Positions 16,946 through 25,630 of a stretch of 64,000 nucleotides of DNA are shown in pieces (the first letter of the stretch is position 1; the number at the start of each line of letters is the position of its first letter). A program made the position numbers and the translations under genes. This DNA comes from a virus, in the IMG/VR virus record IMGVR_UViG_3300045988_169015, positions 78,001 to 142,000 of that record; one strand, written 5' to 3'. The notes under the pieces are model-generated. The model saw only the letters and a list, made by a program, of their open reading frames with translations, was not told where the DNA came from and did no database searches.

Positions 16946-17077
16946 TTAATCGTCATCTATGATGTCGAACAGCTCGTCATCTGAAACGGCGGTATATACA
17001 ACCCCGTTTATAATCCGGGTGTATGAGTAGCCGTCGTCGCAGATTCCGAGCTCCGGGTCGTCTGAAAAGTCTGTCAT
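16946..17077 (-). CDS. small acidic protein (43 aa)
   Basis: ATG 17077 preceded by GGAGGGAGGTGACAACT; MTDFSDDPELGICDDGYSYTRIINGVVYTAVSDDELFDIIDDD; below the track cut-off. Confidence 0.55.
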   Translation of the reverse strand: MTDFSDDPELGICDDGYSYTRIINGVVYTAVSDDELFDIIDDD

Positions 17078-17105
17078 AGTTGTCACCTCCCTCCGGAGGG
17101 AATTT

Positions 17106-17139
17106 CCGCCACGTATTGCCAGTACGGGCGGATTTTTCT
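17106..17139 (+). terminator. intrinsic terminator (plus strand)
   Basis: CCGCC(a)CGTA-ttgccag-TACGGGCGG (9 bp, one bulge) followed by ATTTTTCT. Confidence 0.6.
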
Positions 17140-17511
17140 ATGTATAACTATGTGTCACACCCCAAAGACATAGAGACTTTGGGCATAGTTTTTGTGTACT
17201 TGTTATTTTCACCCTTTATGTATAGACATATGCAACGTTGCCAAACGATTGATAATATTCTACACGCTTATTCAGCTCTCCCGCTTTTAGCCGTGTATAA
17301 GCCCTATCAAAAGCGCCGTGCGCCCATTTTATCGGTGTTTTATAGACTTTACATATGCGTACAGTCAAGCCCCATTGGCAAGCCGTGCGTAAAGTCATTC
17401 AGTACGTATTCAGTTTTCAAGGTACACCCACAAAGTGGGGATTTTTACCCACCGACAAGCGGTGCTTTTTGGATATTCAAGGTGTTTTCTGTCTCTGTCG
17501 TTTCTGTTCCC

Positions 17512-17540
17512 TTGACTGTAGCTATAATATATCTCATAAT
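17512..17540 (+). promoter_or_regulatory. rightward promoter
   Basis: TTGACT (17512-17517), 17 nt, CATAAT (17535-17540). Confidence 0.5.
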
Positions 17541-17554
17541 ATCCAATATGTCAA
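17526..17554 (-). promoter_or_regulatory. leftward promoter overlapping the rightward one
   Basis: On the minus strand: TTGACA (rc of 17549-17554), 17 nt, TATATT (rc of 17526-17531). Confidence 0.5.
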
Positions 17555-17948
17555 TAGACAACTGCAAAATCCCCGTTTTTGGCTTGCCTACGTTGTCCCA
17601 CTACTCGAAAAAGAGGGACAACGGGGTGTATTTTACAAGAAATTTTCGGTTAAAAATTCACTTTTCCTCGTAGTCACTTTTTGTTCATCACCCCTCACAA
17701 ACCGCCCCATCAAACCGCTCCGCACAGCCCCGACTCCACTCAAAAATCCCACCCAATCGCACTCAACCAGCTCCGATCCGCAAATCTCATTTTGTCCCTC
17801 TTTTTACGCCCAACAGCTCACACCTCTTTTCGTTACAATCCACAAACTCTCCCCACATTCCTTGTCACATTCTACAAAAAATTCACACTCAAAAAACTTC
17901 GTCACATTGCACAAAACGCAAAAAATCCCTTGCAATATCCAAAAATGC

Positions 17949-17977
17949 TTGACAAATCCAGTAAAAAAGCCTATAAT
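17949..17977 (+). promoter_or_regulatory. consensus sigma-A/sigma-70 promoter for the rightward operon
   Basis: TTGACA (17949-17954), 17 nt, TATAAT (17972-17977), about 37 nt upstream of the recombinase ATG. Confidence 0.7.
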
Positions 17978-18013
17978 TAGAGTATTAAAACACATTAGAA
18001 AGGGTTGACCAAT

Positions 18014-18814
18014 ATGTACGCAATAGCCAATTCGCCCGTAGTTTCTCTCGCCAATGTTATCAACATAGATCGTCGTCCGAAACCTGTCCCCTCTAATTAC
18101 ACGGCCCGAGGAAAGCGCAAAGCAACACCGGGAGACCCATTCCGAGAGCTCTCAGACATTCAGCTTTTCAAGAACTACTTTCACGAGCACTCCCTCCGTA
18201 ACTATGCACTCTTTGTCCTTGGCATTTCAATCGGTATAAGAGGCAAAGACTTACTCCGCCTGCAAGTTCGTGATGTAGTAACCAACGACGGGTTCGTTGC
18301 TGATGAGATATCAACTTTCGAATCTAAGACACACAAGATGAACCACCCAATCATCAATGCCGAAGCCAAGGCAGCAATAGCTGAATATTTGAGCAGTCTT
18401 TCCGTAGTTCACCCCGATGACTATCTCTTCAGAGCCTCGTCTGACGAAAACAAGCCTCTTGAAACTAATTCTCTTCGTCGTCTTCTGGTCAGAGCAAAGG
18501 AAGCGCTTGCTCCTCAGCTCTCATGTAACTTCAGTCTCAACGTTCGTTCACTTCGCAAGACGTTCGCATATTGGATAATTGTTCAGCATTATGATGATCC
18601 CCACGTAATGGCTTCACTGCAGGAAATGCTCAACCACGACTCAATGCTCACAACGCTCCATTATTCCGGACACACTCGTGATCATCTGTCCGTCATGTAC
18701 CAAGACATGGGAAACGTTGTTGCTGGCACGGCAACCAGAGCTCTCCCTCAAACAGAAAGTGTCGAAGCAATGCTCGAAAAGCTGCTTGATGCCCTTAAGC
18801 TCGATGCTGAGTAA
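18014..18814 (+). CDS. int: tyrosine recombinase / integrase
   Basis: ORF track 18005..18814 (TTG); ATG at 18014. Catalytic-domain-like segments GIRGKDLLRLQ, SLRKTFAYW, LNHDSMLTTLHYSGH (terminal Tyr region). Confidence 0.75.
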   Translation: MYAIANSPVVSLANVINIDRRPKPVPSNYTARGKRKATPGDPFRELSDIQLFKNYFHEHSLRNYALFVLGISIGIRGKDLLRLQVRDVVTNDGFVADEISTFESKTHKMNHPIINAEAKAAIAEYLSSLSVVHPDDYLFRASSDENKPLETNSLRRLLVRAKEALAPQLSCNFSLNVRSLRKTFAYWIIVQHYDDPHVMASLQEMLNHDSMLTTLHYSGHTRDHLSVMYQDMGNVVAGTATRALPQTESVEAMLEKLLDALKLDAE

Positions 18815-18908
18815 CCCCGGGGGTACGATTAACACGAAGCACAACGTCACACACTCCGTATTGGTGGGGCTTAAAGCCCCTGCTATGCAATATTAGAAAG
18901 GATTAGCA

Positions 18909-19226
18909 ATGACATACACTATATTCCAATGCCCAGTAACGATCCCCTATTGTTTCATGCCTTATGATGAAACCGAATTCTCGCCTGCTGATTATATTCC
19001 GGTTTACGAAGGAGAGATCTCAGGCGATGTCAACAGTCGAACGCTTGAAGCGCTCTACGAGGCTCTCAATATACACCATCCGAATGATTATCACGCCCGT
19101 TCTCTCTCGGTAAGCGATGTTATTGTGTTTGATATTGCCGGTAATCGCAAGGCATATTATGTTGAACCTATTGGCTTCAAAGAAATTAATTTCCCTACTG
19201 CCATTTCCTATCAGAAGCGTCACTAA
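18909..19226 (+). CDS. YodL-like domain protein
   Basis: 105 aa. The pattern FMPYDE...YEGEI...LEALYEALNIHHPNDYHARSLSVSDVIVF recalls YodL-like domains of conjugative-element and phage proteins (from memory). Confidence 0.55.
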   Translation: MTYTIFQCPVTIPYCFMPYDETEFSPADYIPVYEGEISGDVNSRTLEALYEALNIHHPNDYHARSLSVSDVIVFDIAGNRKAYYVEPIGFKEINFPTAISYQKRH

Positions 19227-19255
19227 CTATACTATATATAAAGGAGTAATTAACC

Positions 19256-19441
19256 ATGAACAAAATAGCCATCACTCTCACGTCCGCAGAAATCGAAACT
19301 CTCATCTATGGCTGTATGGCAGCCACTTCCTACTACTGTCACGAAGAAAACGAAGCTCTCCCATATCGGGAGCTTATACGTAAACTCGAAGCCTTACAGC
19401 AATCTACATCACACTATTCAAAAGGAGATAGAAAAATATGA
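19256..19441 (+). CDS. hypothetical protein (61 aa)
   Basis: ORF track; SD AAAGGAG; stop overlaps the next start (ATGA). Confidence 0.7.
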   Translation: MNKIAITLTSAEIETLIYGCMAATSYYCHEENEALPYRELIRKLEALQQSTSHYSKGDRKI

Positions 19442-20250
19442 AACTATCTACTTATCAGTTTGATACCAATGAACACGCAAAAGAACAATATTCGACAAAC
19501 AGACGAAACTCTACCTGGAAGGCTGAACATTTTTTTATGTATATTTTCGGGCCGAATAGCAGCTTATCCGACCTGAAACCTCAGACGGCGACAAGGCTTA
19601 TATATCTTGCTACATGGCTGAATTATAACGATAACTGCCTAAAAATCGGCAATAACGCCATGACCAGAGGACAGATGCAAAGACTTATGCTGCTTGAAGA
19701 AAGTACATTCAAGCGATTTTTGAAAGAAGTTACCGAAAAGGGATATCTAATAAAATCAGGGTGTCAGTATTGTCTTAACAAAGACAACTTTAAAAAGGGA
19801 GAGTTTAAAACTAATGCTCCGCTTACGGAAAAGCGCTTTGTTAGAGTGTATATTTCATATGTCCGCAGGCTTTATGAACAGACTCCTCAGTCACTGCATA
19901 AACACCTTGGATATGTATTCAAGATGATACCTTACGTAAATATAAAGTATAATATCATCTGTCACAATCCACTTGAAGAGGACGAAAGCAGCATTATTCC
20001 TATGACTATTGGCGAGTTCTGCGATGCGATAGGTTATGACAAAAATCAGGTTTCCAGACTGATAAAAATATATAATGATATCACATTTGAAGCAGACGGG
20101 AAAAAATACGTATTCTGCGGCTATAGATATGCTCCGCAAAAGAAGAATATGCGTTTCTATGTAAATCCGCTTATCTTCTATGCCGGTAATAATCAAGATA
20201 AAATCGATATAATTAAAATTTTATATGTTCAATCAAAGGAGTATAAATAA
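19438..20250 (+). CDS. putative winged-helix DNA-binding protein (replication-initiator or regulator-like), paralog A
   Basis: 270 aa; collinear similarity to 33543..34427 (LKPQTATRLIYLATWL / LSPQTAIRLVYLSTFL; FKRFLKEVTEKGYLIK / FKRFLAEVVSAGYLIK; MRFYVNPLIFYAG / MRFFANPNIFFAG). Confidence 0.6.
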   Translation: MKLSTYQFDTNEHAKEQYSTNRRNSTWKAEHFFMYIFGPNSSLSDLKPQTATRLIYLATWLNYNDNCLKIGNNAMTRGQMQRLMLLEESTFKRFLKEVTEKGYLIKSGCQYCLNKDNFKKGEFKTNAPLTEKRFVRVYISYVRRLYEQTPQSLHKHLGYVFKMIPYVNIKYNIICHNPLEEDESSIIPMTIGEFCDAIGYDKNQVSRLIKIYNDITFEADGKKYVFCGYRYAPQKKNMRFYVNPLIFYAGNNQDKIDIIKILYVQSKEYK

Positions 20251-20963
20251 TGAGAAATAAAAAAACGTATAAATCTGAAGATATCATCGGACAACGCTTT
20301 GGAAGATTAGTCGCATTAGAAGAAGTAAGATGTGAATCAAATCCTAAATATAGGTATTTTAAATGTAAATGTGATTGCGGTAATATTAAAAATATCAGAT
20401 TGTCTTGTTTAGTGTATGGGAGCACAATATCTTGTGGATGTTATCGAAACCCTGGAGAATTTAAAAAGGGGCGTAATATTTATGAATTCCAGGGAGACAT
20501 TTGTAAGGTTTATACTAATAAAGGCGAGTATTTTATAATTGACACAGATAAATATGATATAATAAAAGATCATTACTGGGCAATAGGAAATATGGGATAT
20601 GTTGTGTCTGTTTTTAGCTATAATAAACAGGTTCAGTTACATAGATTCTTAACTAATTGCCCCGACAATATGGTAGTGGATCATAAAAACCATGATAAAA
20701 AAGATAATCGATTATGCAATTTGAGAATATGTACACAATCTGAAAATTCTCAAAATAGAATTCCAGTATTCTGGAAAAATGTTAAAGGCGTAACCACTTT
20801 AAAAAGTGGTAAATATGGTGCATCGATTAAATATGGAGATAATTCAAGAACAGAATATCTTGGAACATTTAATACCTTGAAAGAAGCTGCTGACGCTTAT
20901 GATGAAGCTGCGAAAAAATATTTTGGAGAATTTGCACATTTAAATAATTATTACAATCATTAA
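20250..20963 (+). CDS. HNH homing endonuclease with AP2-type DNA-binding domain
   Basis: VDHKNHDKKDNRLCNLRICTQSENSQN (HNH) followed by KYGASIKYGDNSRTEYLGTFNTLKEAADAYDEAAKKYFGEFA (AP2-like). Confidence 0.8.
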   Translation: MRNKKTYKSEDIIGQRFGRLVALEEVRCESNPKYRYFKCKCDCGNIKNIRLSCLVYGSTISCGCYRNPGEFKKGRNIYEFQGDICKVYTNKGEYFIIDTDKYDIIKDHYWAIGNMGYVVSVFSYNKQVQLHRFLTNCPDNMVVDHKNHDKKDNRLCNLRICTQSENSQNRIPVFWKNVKGVTTLKSGKYGASIKYGDNSRTEYLGTFNTLKEAADAYDEAAKKYFGEFAHLNNYYNH

Positions 20964-21105
20964 AATAATAGCCGTAAATAAAGTATAGTTACATTTAATA
21001 CATGTACATTCTCTATGAGTGTTATAATGTCGGCTGTATGATGCCGCATATGGACTACACGCCAAGAACATTGACAGAGATTATAGAAAGGTCAAGGTAA
21101 TTTAA

Positions 21106-21723
21106 ATGAGTATGTGGACATATATTAACGGCACCATCACGGTCGATGCGATCGGCAGAACTCAGGCGGAGAAAGAATATATTCTCCGCACAGTTCTCGA
21201 TCATCTGCCATTGGTCACAGGTTCCGAGGAAGATATGAACGTATATCTTATTCAAGCCAACGGGCACGATTGCAGCAGGTCGGTCGATGAATTTGAGAAC
21301 CATTCAAATCAGTTGGTCGATTCTTACGGTGCTCACAGCCAAAAATACGGTTGGCTCAAAACACAGAGCAAATATATCATCGTAATTGATGGAGCACTCC
21401 GTGACCGAACGTTTGACACAACTTTTGCTGAGTTTAACAAGTGGCTTTGCAGACTGGCCAAAAGAGTTCGCATTGACAAGGTTCTGGTTGAGCTGACCGG
21501 AGAAGACAAAATCTATGTATTTGACGACCACAGCGGCATTTACAGAGACATGTTTGAGTATCCATCGTGGAGCTGCCTCAATGATGATGGCGAACCCGCC
21601 TGGTGGGAATATCTGTACTGGCAGCCAGATTCAGTCGGATTTCCAAGACAATTGGCTTACAAATATTACATTGATCCCGATAACGACAAGCGTGTCGAGG
21701 ATTGGATAAGGAGAGATAAATAA
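21106..21723 (+). CDS. hypothetical protein (205 aa)
   Basis: ORF track; tight packing. Confidence 0.75.
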   Translation: MSMWTYINGTITVDAIGRTQAEKEYILRTVLDHLPLVTGSEEDMNVYLIQANGHDCSRSVDEFENHSNQLVDSYGAHSQKYGWLKTQSKYIIVIDGALRDRTFDTTFAEFNKWLCRLAKRVRIDKVLVELTGEDKIYVFDDHSGIYRDMFEYPSWSCLNDDGEPAWWEYLYWQPDSVGFPRQLAYKYYIDPDNDKRVEDWIRRDK

Positions 21724-22544
21724 TGAATAAAAATGATAGTCTTGGTGACAGAATGAAAACATACGAAAATGTAACCCGCACACATCTTACTCGCAGAACG
21801 CCTGTTATCATCAGGATTGACGGCAAAGCATTTCACACATTTACAAGAGGCTTTGTTAAGCCGTTTGATGATATTCTCGTTGAGACTATGCAGGACACAA
21901 TGAAATATCTTTGTGAAAACATCGAAGGCTGTGTTCTCGGCTACACTCAGTCTGATGAAATAACTCTTGTGCTTTGTGACTATAAGAAGCTTACATCTCA
22001 GGCTTGGTTTGATAATAACATTCAGAAGATGTGCAGTATTTCAGCAAGTATGGCAACATTGGAATTTAACAGAAAATTTTGTGAAAATAAAGACCGATGG
22101 ATTATGAATACTCATTCAAACGAAGATATGCTTGAAAAATGGTTCAAGATAAGGAACGCTTATGACGACGCAGATTTTCACGGAGCACTCTTCGATAGCC
22201 GAGTATTTAATATTCCAAAAGAAGAGGTTAATAACTGCCTGCTCTGGAGACAGCAGGATGCGACCCGCAATTCTATTCAGTCTGTAGCTCAGGCAAATTT
22301 CTCGCACAAACAGCTGCAAAATAAGAATTGTTCAGAGCTTCAGGAAATGCTGTTTCAGGAAAAAGGTATCAACTGGAATGATATTCCCACTCATTTAAAG
22401 CGTGGTTCTTGCTGTGTCAAAAAACAGTATGAGATTGAAACTGGAGATGGCGTGGCACTGCGTTCTCGTTGGGTTATTGATAAAGAAATACCTGTTTTCT
22501 CACAGGATACAAGCTATGTAAATAGCAGGATAATGTTTGAATGA
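21723..22544 (+). CDS. Thg1-like protein (tRNA-His guanylyltransferase family, 3'-5' nucleotide addition)
   Basis: N-terminus GDRMKTYE...RTPVIIRIDGKAFHTFTRGF...GYTQSDEITLVL matches the remembered Thg1/TLP signature. Confidence 0.8.
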   Translation: MNKNDSLGDRMKTYENVTRTHLTRRTPVIIRIDGKAFHTFTRGFVKPFDDILVETMQDTMKYLCENIEGCVLGYTQSDEITLVLCDYKKLTSQAWFDNNIQKMCSISASMATLEFNRKFCENKDRWIMNTHSNEDMLEKWFKIRNAYDDADFHGALFDSRVFNIPKEEVNNCLLWRQQDATRNSIQSVAQANFSHKQLQNKNCSELQEMLFQEKGINWNDIPTHLKRGSCCVKKQYEIETGDGVALRSRWVIDKEIPVFSQDTSYVNSRIMFE

Positions 22545-22783
22545 AGGAGAAATGGATAATGATTGGTGCAATTATTGTTATTATTATCATATGTGCATTT
22601 ATAACACTTTGGGTATTCATCCCATTATGTGCAGATGCTGATGCTTGGATATTCAATAAAGATTACTACAAAGACTGCTACAGCAACAAAGTCGCAATTT
22701 TACATGAAATCAAGCAGCTGCGTAAAGAGGTCGCAGACCTCAAAAATCAGACGAACGATGCGGGCTTTTTTAAGAAGGAGTGA
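22541..22783 (+). CDS. small membrane protein
   Basis: ORF track; TM helix IGAIIVIIIICAFITLWVFIPL; an alternative ATG at 22559 has a better SD spacing. Confidence 0.7.
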   Translation: MKEKWIMIGAIIVIIIICAFITLWVFIPLCADADAWIFNKDYYKDCYSNKVAILHEIKQLRKEVADLKNQTNDAGFFKKE

Positions 22784-22788
22784 TAAGA

Positions 22789-23136
22789 ATGATTGAGATT
22801 GATCTTTACATTGATAATGATTGGGAGCATTTTGAATTAGATGACGCATTAAAAATAATTAAAATAAGCAACAACACGAACGACGCAGATAATGAGGACA
22901 TTGAATATGCAACAAAAGCTCTTAATAGTCCTTGGAGTGAAAACGGTCATTGGTTTAAAATAAAATACGATCGTGATAAAAAACTTTGGATATGCAAGCG
23001 AATAGTGGATTTTTATGATGGCTGCCAAGCAACTTTGAGCGTTTATTGTAACGATTATTACAAAGCGTTGAGAGAAAACGAAGATGTTTTTCATAAGCTT
23101 CAGCAATTTTATAATCCTGAAAATATTTCGTTTTAA
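22789..23136 (+). CDS. hypothetical protein (115 aa)
   Basis: ATG 22789 with AAGGAG 9 nt upstream (track GTG 22780). Confidence 0.7.
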   Translation: MIEIDLYIDNDWEHFELDDALKIIKISNNTNDADNEDIEYATKALNSPWSENGHWFKIKYDRDKKLWICKRIVDFYDGCQATLSVYCNDYYKALRENEDVFHKLQQFYNPENISF

Positions 23137-23151
23137 AGGAGACGATGAATA

Positions 23152-23586
23152 ATGAACATAAAAGCCAAATATAAGTTCTATATTTATCCTTATTTCAAGT
23201 GTCCTATGGTGAAAATTTCTTTTATTTATAATAGACATATTTTTAAGATCAACAAAGACATTTCCCGTGACCTTACATGGATTAACTGTCTTAATAAAGA
23301 TATATATAATTTTACATTCTCAAATGGGTGTACGTTAAGATCAAAAGCAAAACTGCGAACAAGCTTTTATGATTGCTTAACCTTGGATGAAATATATCAA
23401 GTATTACAGCGCATAGGATTGGAGACGATCGTGAAAGAATATATAATTGATACCCTGAAAACATATATTGAAGCCCACAGAGACAAGGTAATAATGTCTG
23501 AACAGATGTCTTATCTGAAGAGTCTGACCACAAAGAAGTGGGAAACGCTCAATATTGAAATAAGTAGTATATTGGAGGAAAAATAA
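23152..23586 (+). CDS. hypothetical protein (144 aa)
   Basis: ORF track; SD GGAG. Confidence 0.7.
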   Translation: MNIKAKYKFYIYPYFKCPMVKISFIYNRHIFKINKDISRDLTWINCLNKDIYNFTFSNGCTLRSKAKLRTSFYDCLTLDEIYQVLQRIGLETIVKEYIIDTLKTYIEAHRDKVIMSEQMSYLKSLTTKKWETLNIEISSILEEK

Positions 23587-23978
23587 TGAATAAATCAAAT
23601 ATGTCCGGCGCTTATGACATATACCGCCAAATGTTCAAGCAGATAATGTGGTGGGATCTGAGTCCTAAAGAAATTGGCAATACATACTTCAAAGACGGCA
23701 CCCACCAAGTTCTTGGAAACGAAGACGGTCATTATCTTTATGATCTCGGCTGGTTAATGGGTGATATAGGGTATCATGGCTGGTCTGGTTCGGCTGCTGA
23801 AAATGAATGTAATATTTACAACAAGGTTGAAACTGCATATTTCTATCTGCTTAAATCTCTTGCCGAAGCTATCGGTTTTGAATATACAGATGAAGACGTA
23901 TGGAAGTACCACTTGAAAGACATCGACACGGATGATATGTTGAAGCTGTATGAAGCCAACAAGCAGAAAAAGGGGTGA
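23586..23978 (+). CDS. hypothetical protein (130 aa)
   Basis: ORF track; start overlaps the previous stop. Confidence 0.75.
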   Translation: MNKSNMSGAYDIYRQMFKQIMWWDLSPKEIGNTYFKDGTHQVLGNEDGHYLYDLGWLMGDIGYHGWSGSAAENECNIYNKVETAYFYLLKSLAEAIGFEYTDEDVWKYHLKDIDTDDMLKLYEANKQKKG

Positions 23979-23983
23979 TGGCA

Positions 23984-24292
23984 ATGACCCCACAAGAAGC
24001 AATAGATACGCTCAAGATTGCTATAGCTGAGGTCGAGTGGAACTATCCACTTGACTATGCTGTGGCAATGGAGATGGCTATTAAAGCACTGAAAAAAGAA
24101 GTACCGGCAGAACCCATAATACAGGAAGAAGAAAATTTTATTCAAGGGTATCTTATTTTTGATAAATATTTCTGCTGTCCTATTTGTAAATATTGTTTTG
24201 GTCTGGTTGAATATGTTGATAAAGCGGGGAAAAAGATAAAATCCGAATGTTGTCCAAAATGCGGTCAAAAACTTGATTGGAGCGACGATTAA
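23984..24292 (+). CDS. hypothetical zinc-ribbon protein
   Basis: CCPICKYC...CCPKCGQKL; ATG 23984 has the best spacing to AAGGGG (track start 23975). Confidence 0.7.
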   Translation: MTPQEAIDTLKIAIAEVEWNYPLDYAVAMEMAIKALKKEVPAEPIIQEEENFIQGYLIFDKYFCCPICKYCFGLVEYVDKAGKKIKSECCPKCGQKLDWSDD

Positions 24293-24293
24293 A

Positions 24294-24527
24294 ATGGCTG
24301 AACATACTGCTTATATATGTGATATCTGCGGCAAGATTATTTTTGATTATGATGAAATAGTTAGACTAAAAGTTAAGATATACCATCAGTCAGCACGCTA
24401 CGACACAAAACTTTTAGATGTTTGCAGTGATTGTGTCAAAAGTTTTGAAAAATGGATAGGTGAAAGAAATGAAAACAGTGAACAAACACGAGTACATAGA
24501 CCGTCGTATGGTGATCTTGACCATTGA
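24294..24527 (+). CDS. hypothetical zinc-ribbon protein (77 aa)
   Basis: CDICGK...CSDC; ATG 24294 (the track starts 21 nt earlier at a non-ATG codon). Confidence 0.6.
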   Translation: MAEHTAYICDICGKIIFDYDEIVRLKVKIYHQSARYDTKLLDVCSDCVKSFEKWIGERNENSEQTRVHRPSYGDLDH

Positions 24528-24789
24528 TAACTGCATTTCCTCGATGACGCCTGAAGAGTATGACGCATGCCGTCTTACTCTTGACGATTTAAAAAATTTC
24601 ATCAAGACGTTTGCCGCCGCTGACGTCGAGCCGGTCATACGCTGCCGAAGGTGTGAATATGCTCGGCAGACACTTGACAAAAGGCTTTGTTGCAAGCGTT
24701 ACGATTATGCAATAGTAGAAAAAGACTACTACTGTGCTTACGGAGAAAAATCAAAGTCTCCTATTGAAATGAAAGGATGGGTATTATGA
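24469..24789 (+). CDS. hypothetical protein (106 aa)
   Basis: ATG 24469 with AGGTGA 6 nt upstream; overlaps the previous ORF by 59 nt. Confidence 0.65.
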   Translation: MKTVNKHEYIDRRMVILTIDNCISSMTPEEYDACRLTLDDLKNFIKTFAAADVEPVIRCRRCEYARQTLDKRLCCKRYDYAIVEKDYYCAYGEKSKSPIEMKGWVL

Positions 24790-24820
24790 CTATAATGGAA
24801 ACATCAAATGGAGGTAATAA

Positions 24821-25117
24821 ATGATGAATGCTGATATTAAAGCACAAATCAAGAGTAAGATACATAAAGTTTGCGTGAATAGATTTCCCGTGTATGACAG
24901 TGACGGAAGAGTTCAACTTTATAGACGACCAGACCTGTCTGAATGGGCAGCGAAAGCAGCAGCCGATGGTGAAAGATACTTCTATGTTGAGGCTGTAAAC
25001 CCTAATATCAATGGTGGTAAGCTTAGACTATGCTGTCCTAAGTACGAGTACAGAGTTAATAGTCTCACGCAGGAAGAATATGATGTTCTGAAAGAACTGT
25101 TAAATGGAGGTAAATAA
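24821..25117 (+). CDS. hypothetical protein (98 aa)
   Basis: ORF track; SD GGAGG. Confidence 0.75.
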   Translation: MMNADIKAQIKSKIHKVCVNRFPVYDSDGRVQLYRRPDLSEWAAKAAADGERYFYVEAVNPNINGGKLRLCCPKYEYRVNSLTQEEYDVLKELLNGGK

Positions 25118-25119
25118 TA

Positions 25120-25626
25120 ATGACGACAGAAGAAAAAATTTCCAAGCTTGAAGCTAACTATGAGGCAATGGCAGCATAGATTGAAAAGCTCAAGGCTGAA
25201 CTTGCTGAAAAGAATGAAACCGTGTGGATACCCCAAAAGGGTGAAAAATATCTGTGTATTTGTAATAATGGCAGAATTGCTTCACAAATTTATAACCCAT
25301 CTTCTATATTTGACATAGAAATAATTGATATGAATGCTAAATTTAAGCCAGTTGCTGGGTGTAAAAAACATCTCGAATGGTATCGTGACAACGTTTTGCG
25401 TGTCCAGAATAAGCTGATGCAGCTCCACGAGTTATTGTGTCCCGATTGTTTTCCTGATTGGGATACAGGTAAAGAAACATGGACTATATATTATGATAAT
25501 ACATATAAGTGTTTTAGTTATACTCTTCAGTGTTCTTGTAATTTCTTTGTTGTTTGTTTTACCAGAGAAGCAGCCGAAAAGGCTTGTGAAATTCTTAACC
25601 GAGAGAAATTTATGATGGAGGAATGA
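25120..25626 (+). CDS. hypothetical protein whose frame carries one in-frame TAG (25177-25179); track ORF 25222..25626 is the downstream part
   Basis: ATG 25120 has GGAGG 9 nt upstream and is in the same frame as 25222..25626. The coiled-coil sequence EEKISKLEANYEAMAA-TAG-IEKLKAELAEKNE is continuous across the stop. The downstream part has no SD of its own. Confidence 0.5.
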
Positions 25627-25630
25627 TACT

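Noticed and set aside
17080-18008. Long plus-strand ORFs (197, 217 and 99 aa) in the switch region
   Set aside because: Their translations are Pro/His/Thr/Ser-rich and low complexity. They have no SD, they span promoters and terminators, and they arise from the G-poor composition.
25177-25179. Genome-wide TAG reassignment
   Set aside because: Only one in-frame TAG was seen. All other genes are intact under the standard code, and the single tRNA in the window is a normal tRNA-Glu rather than a suppressor.
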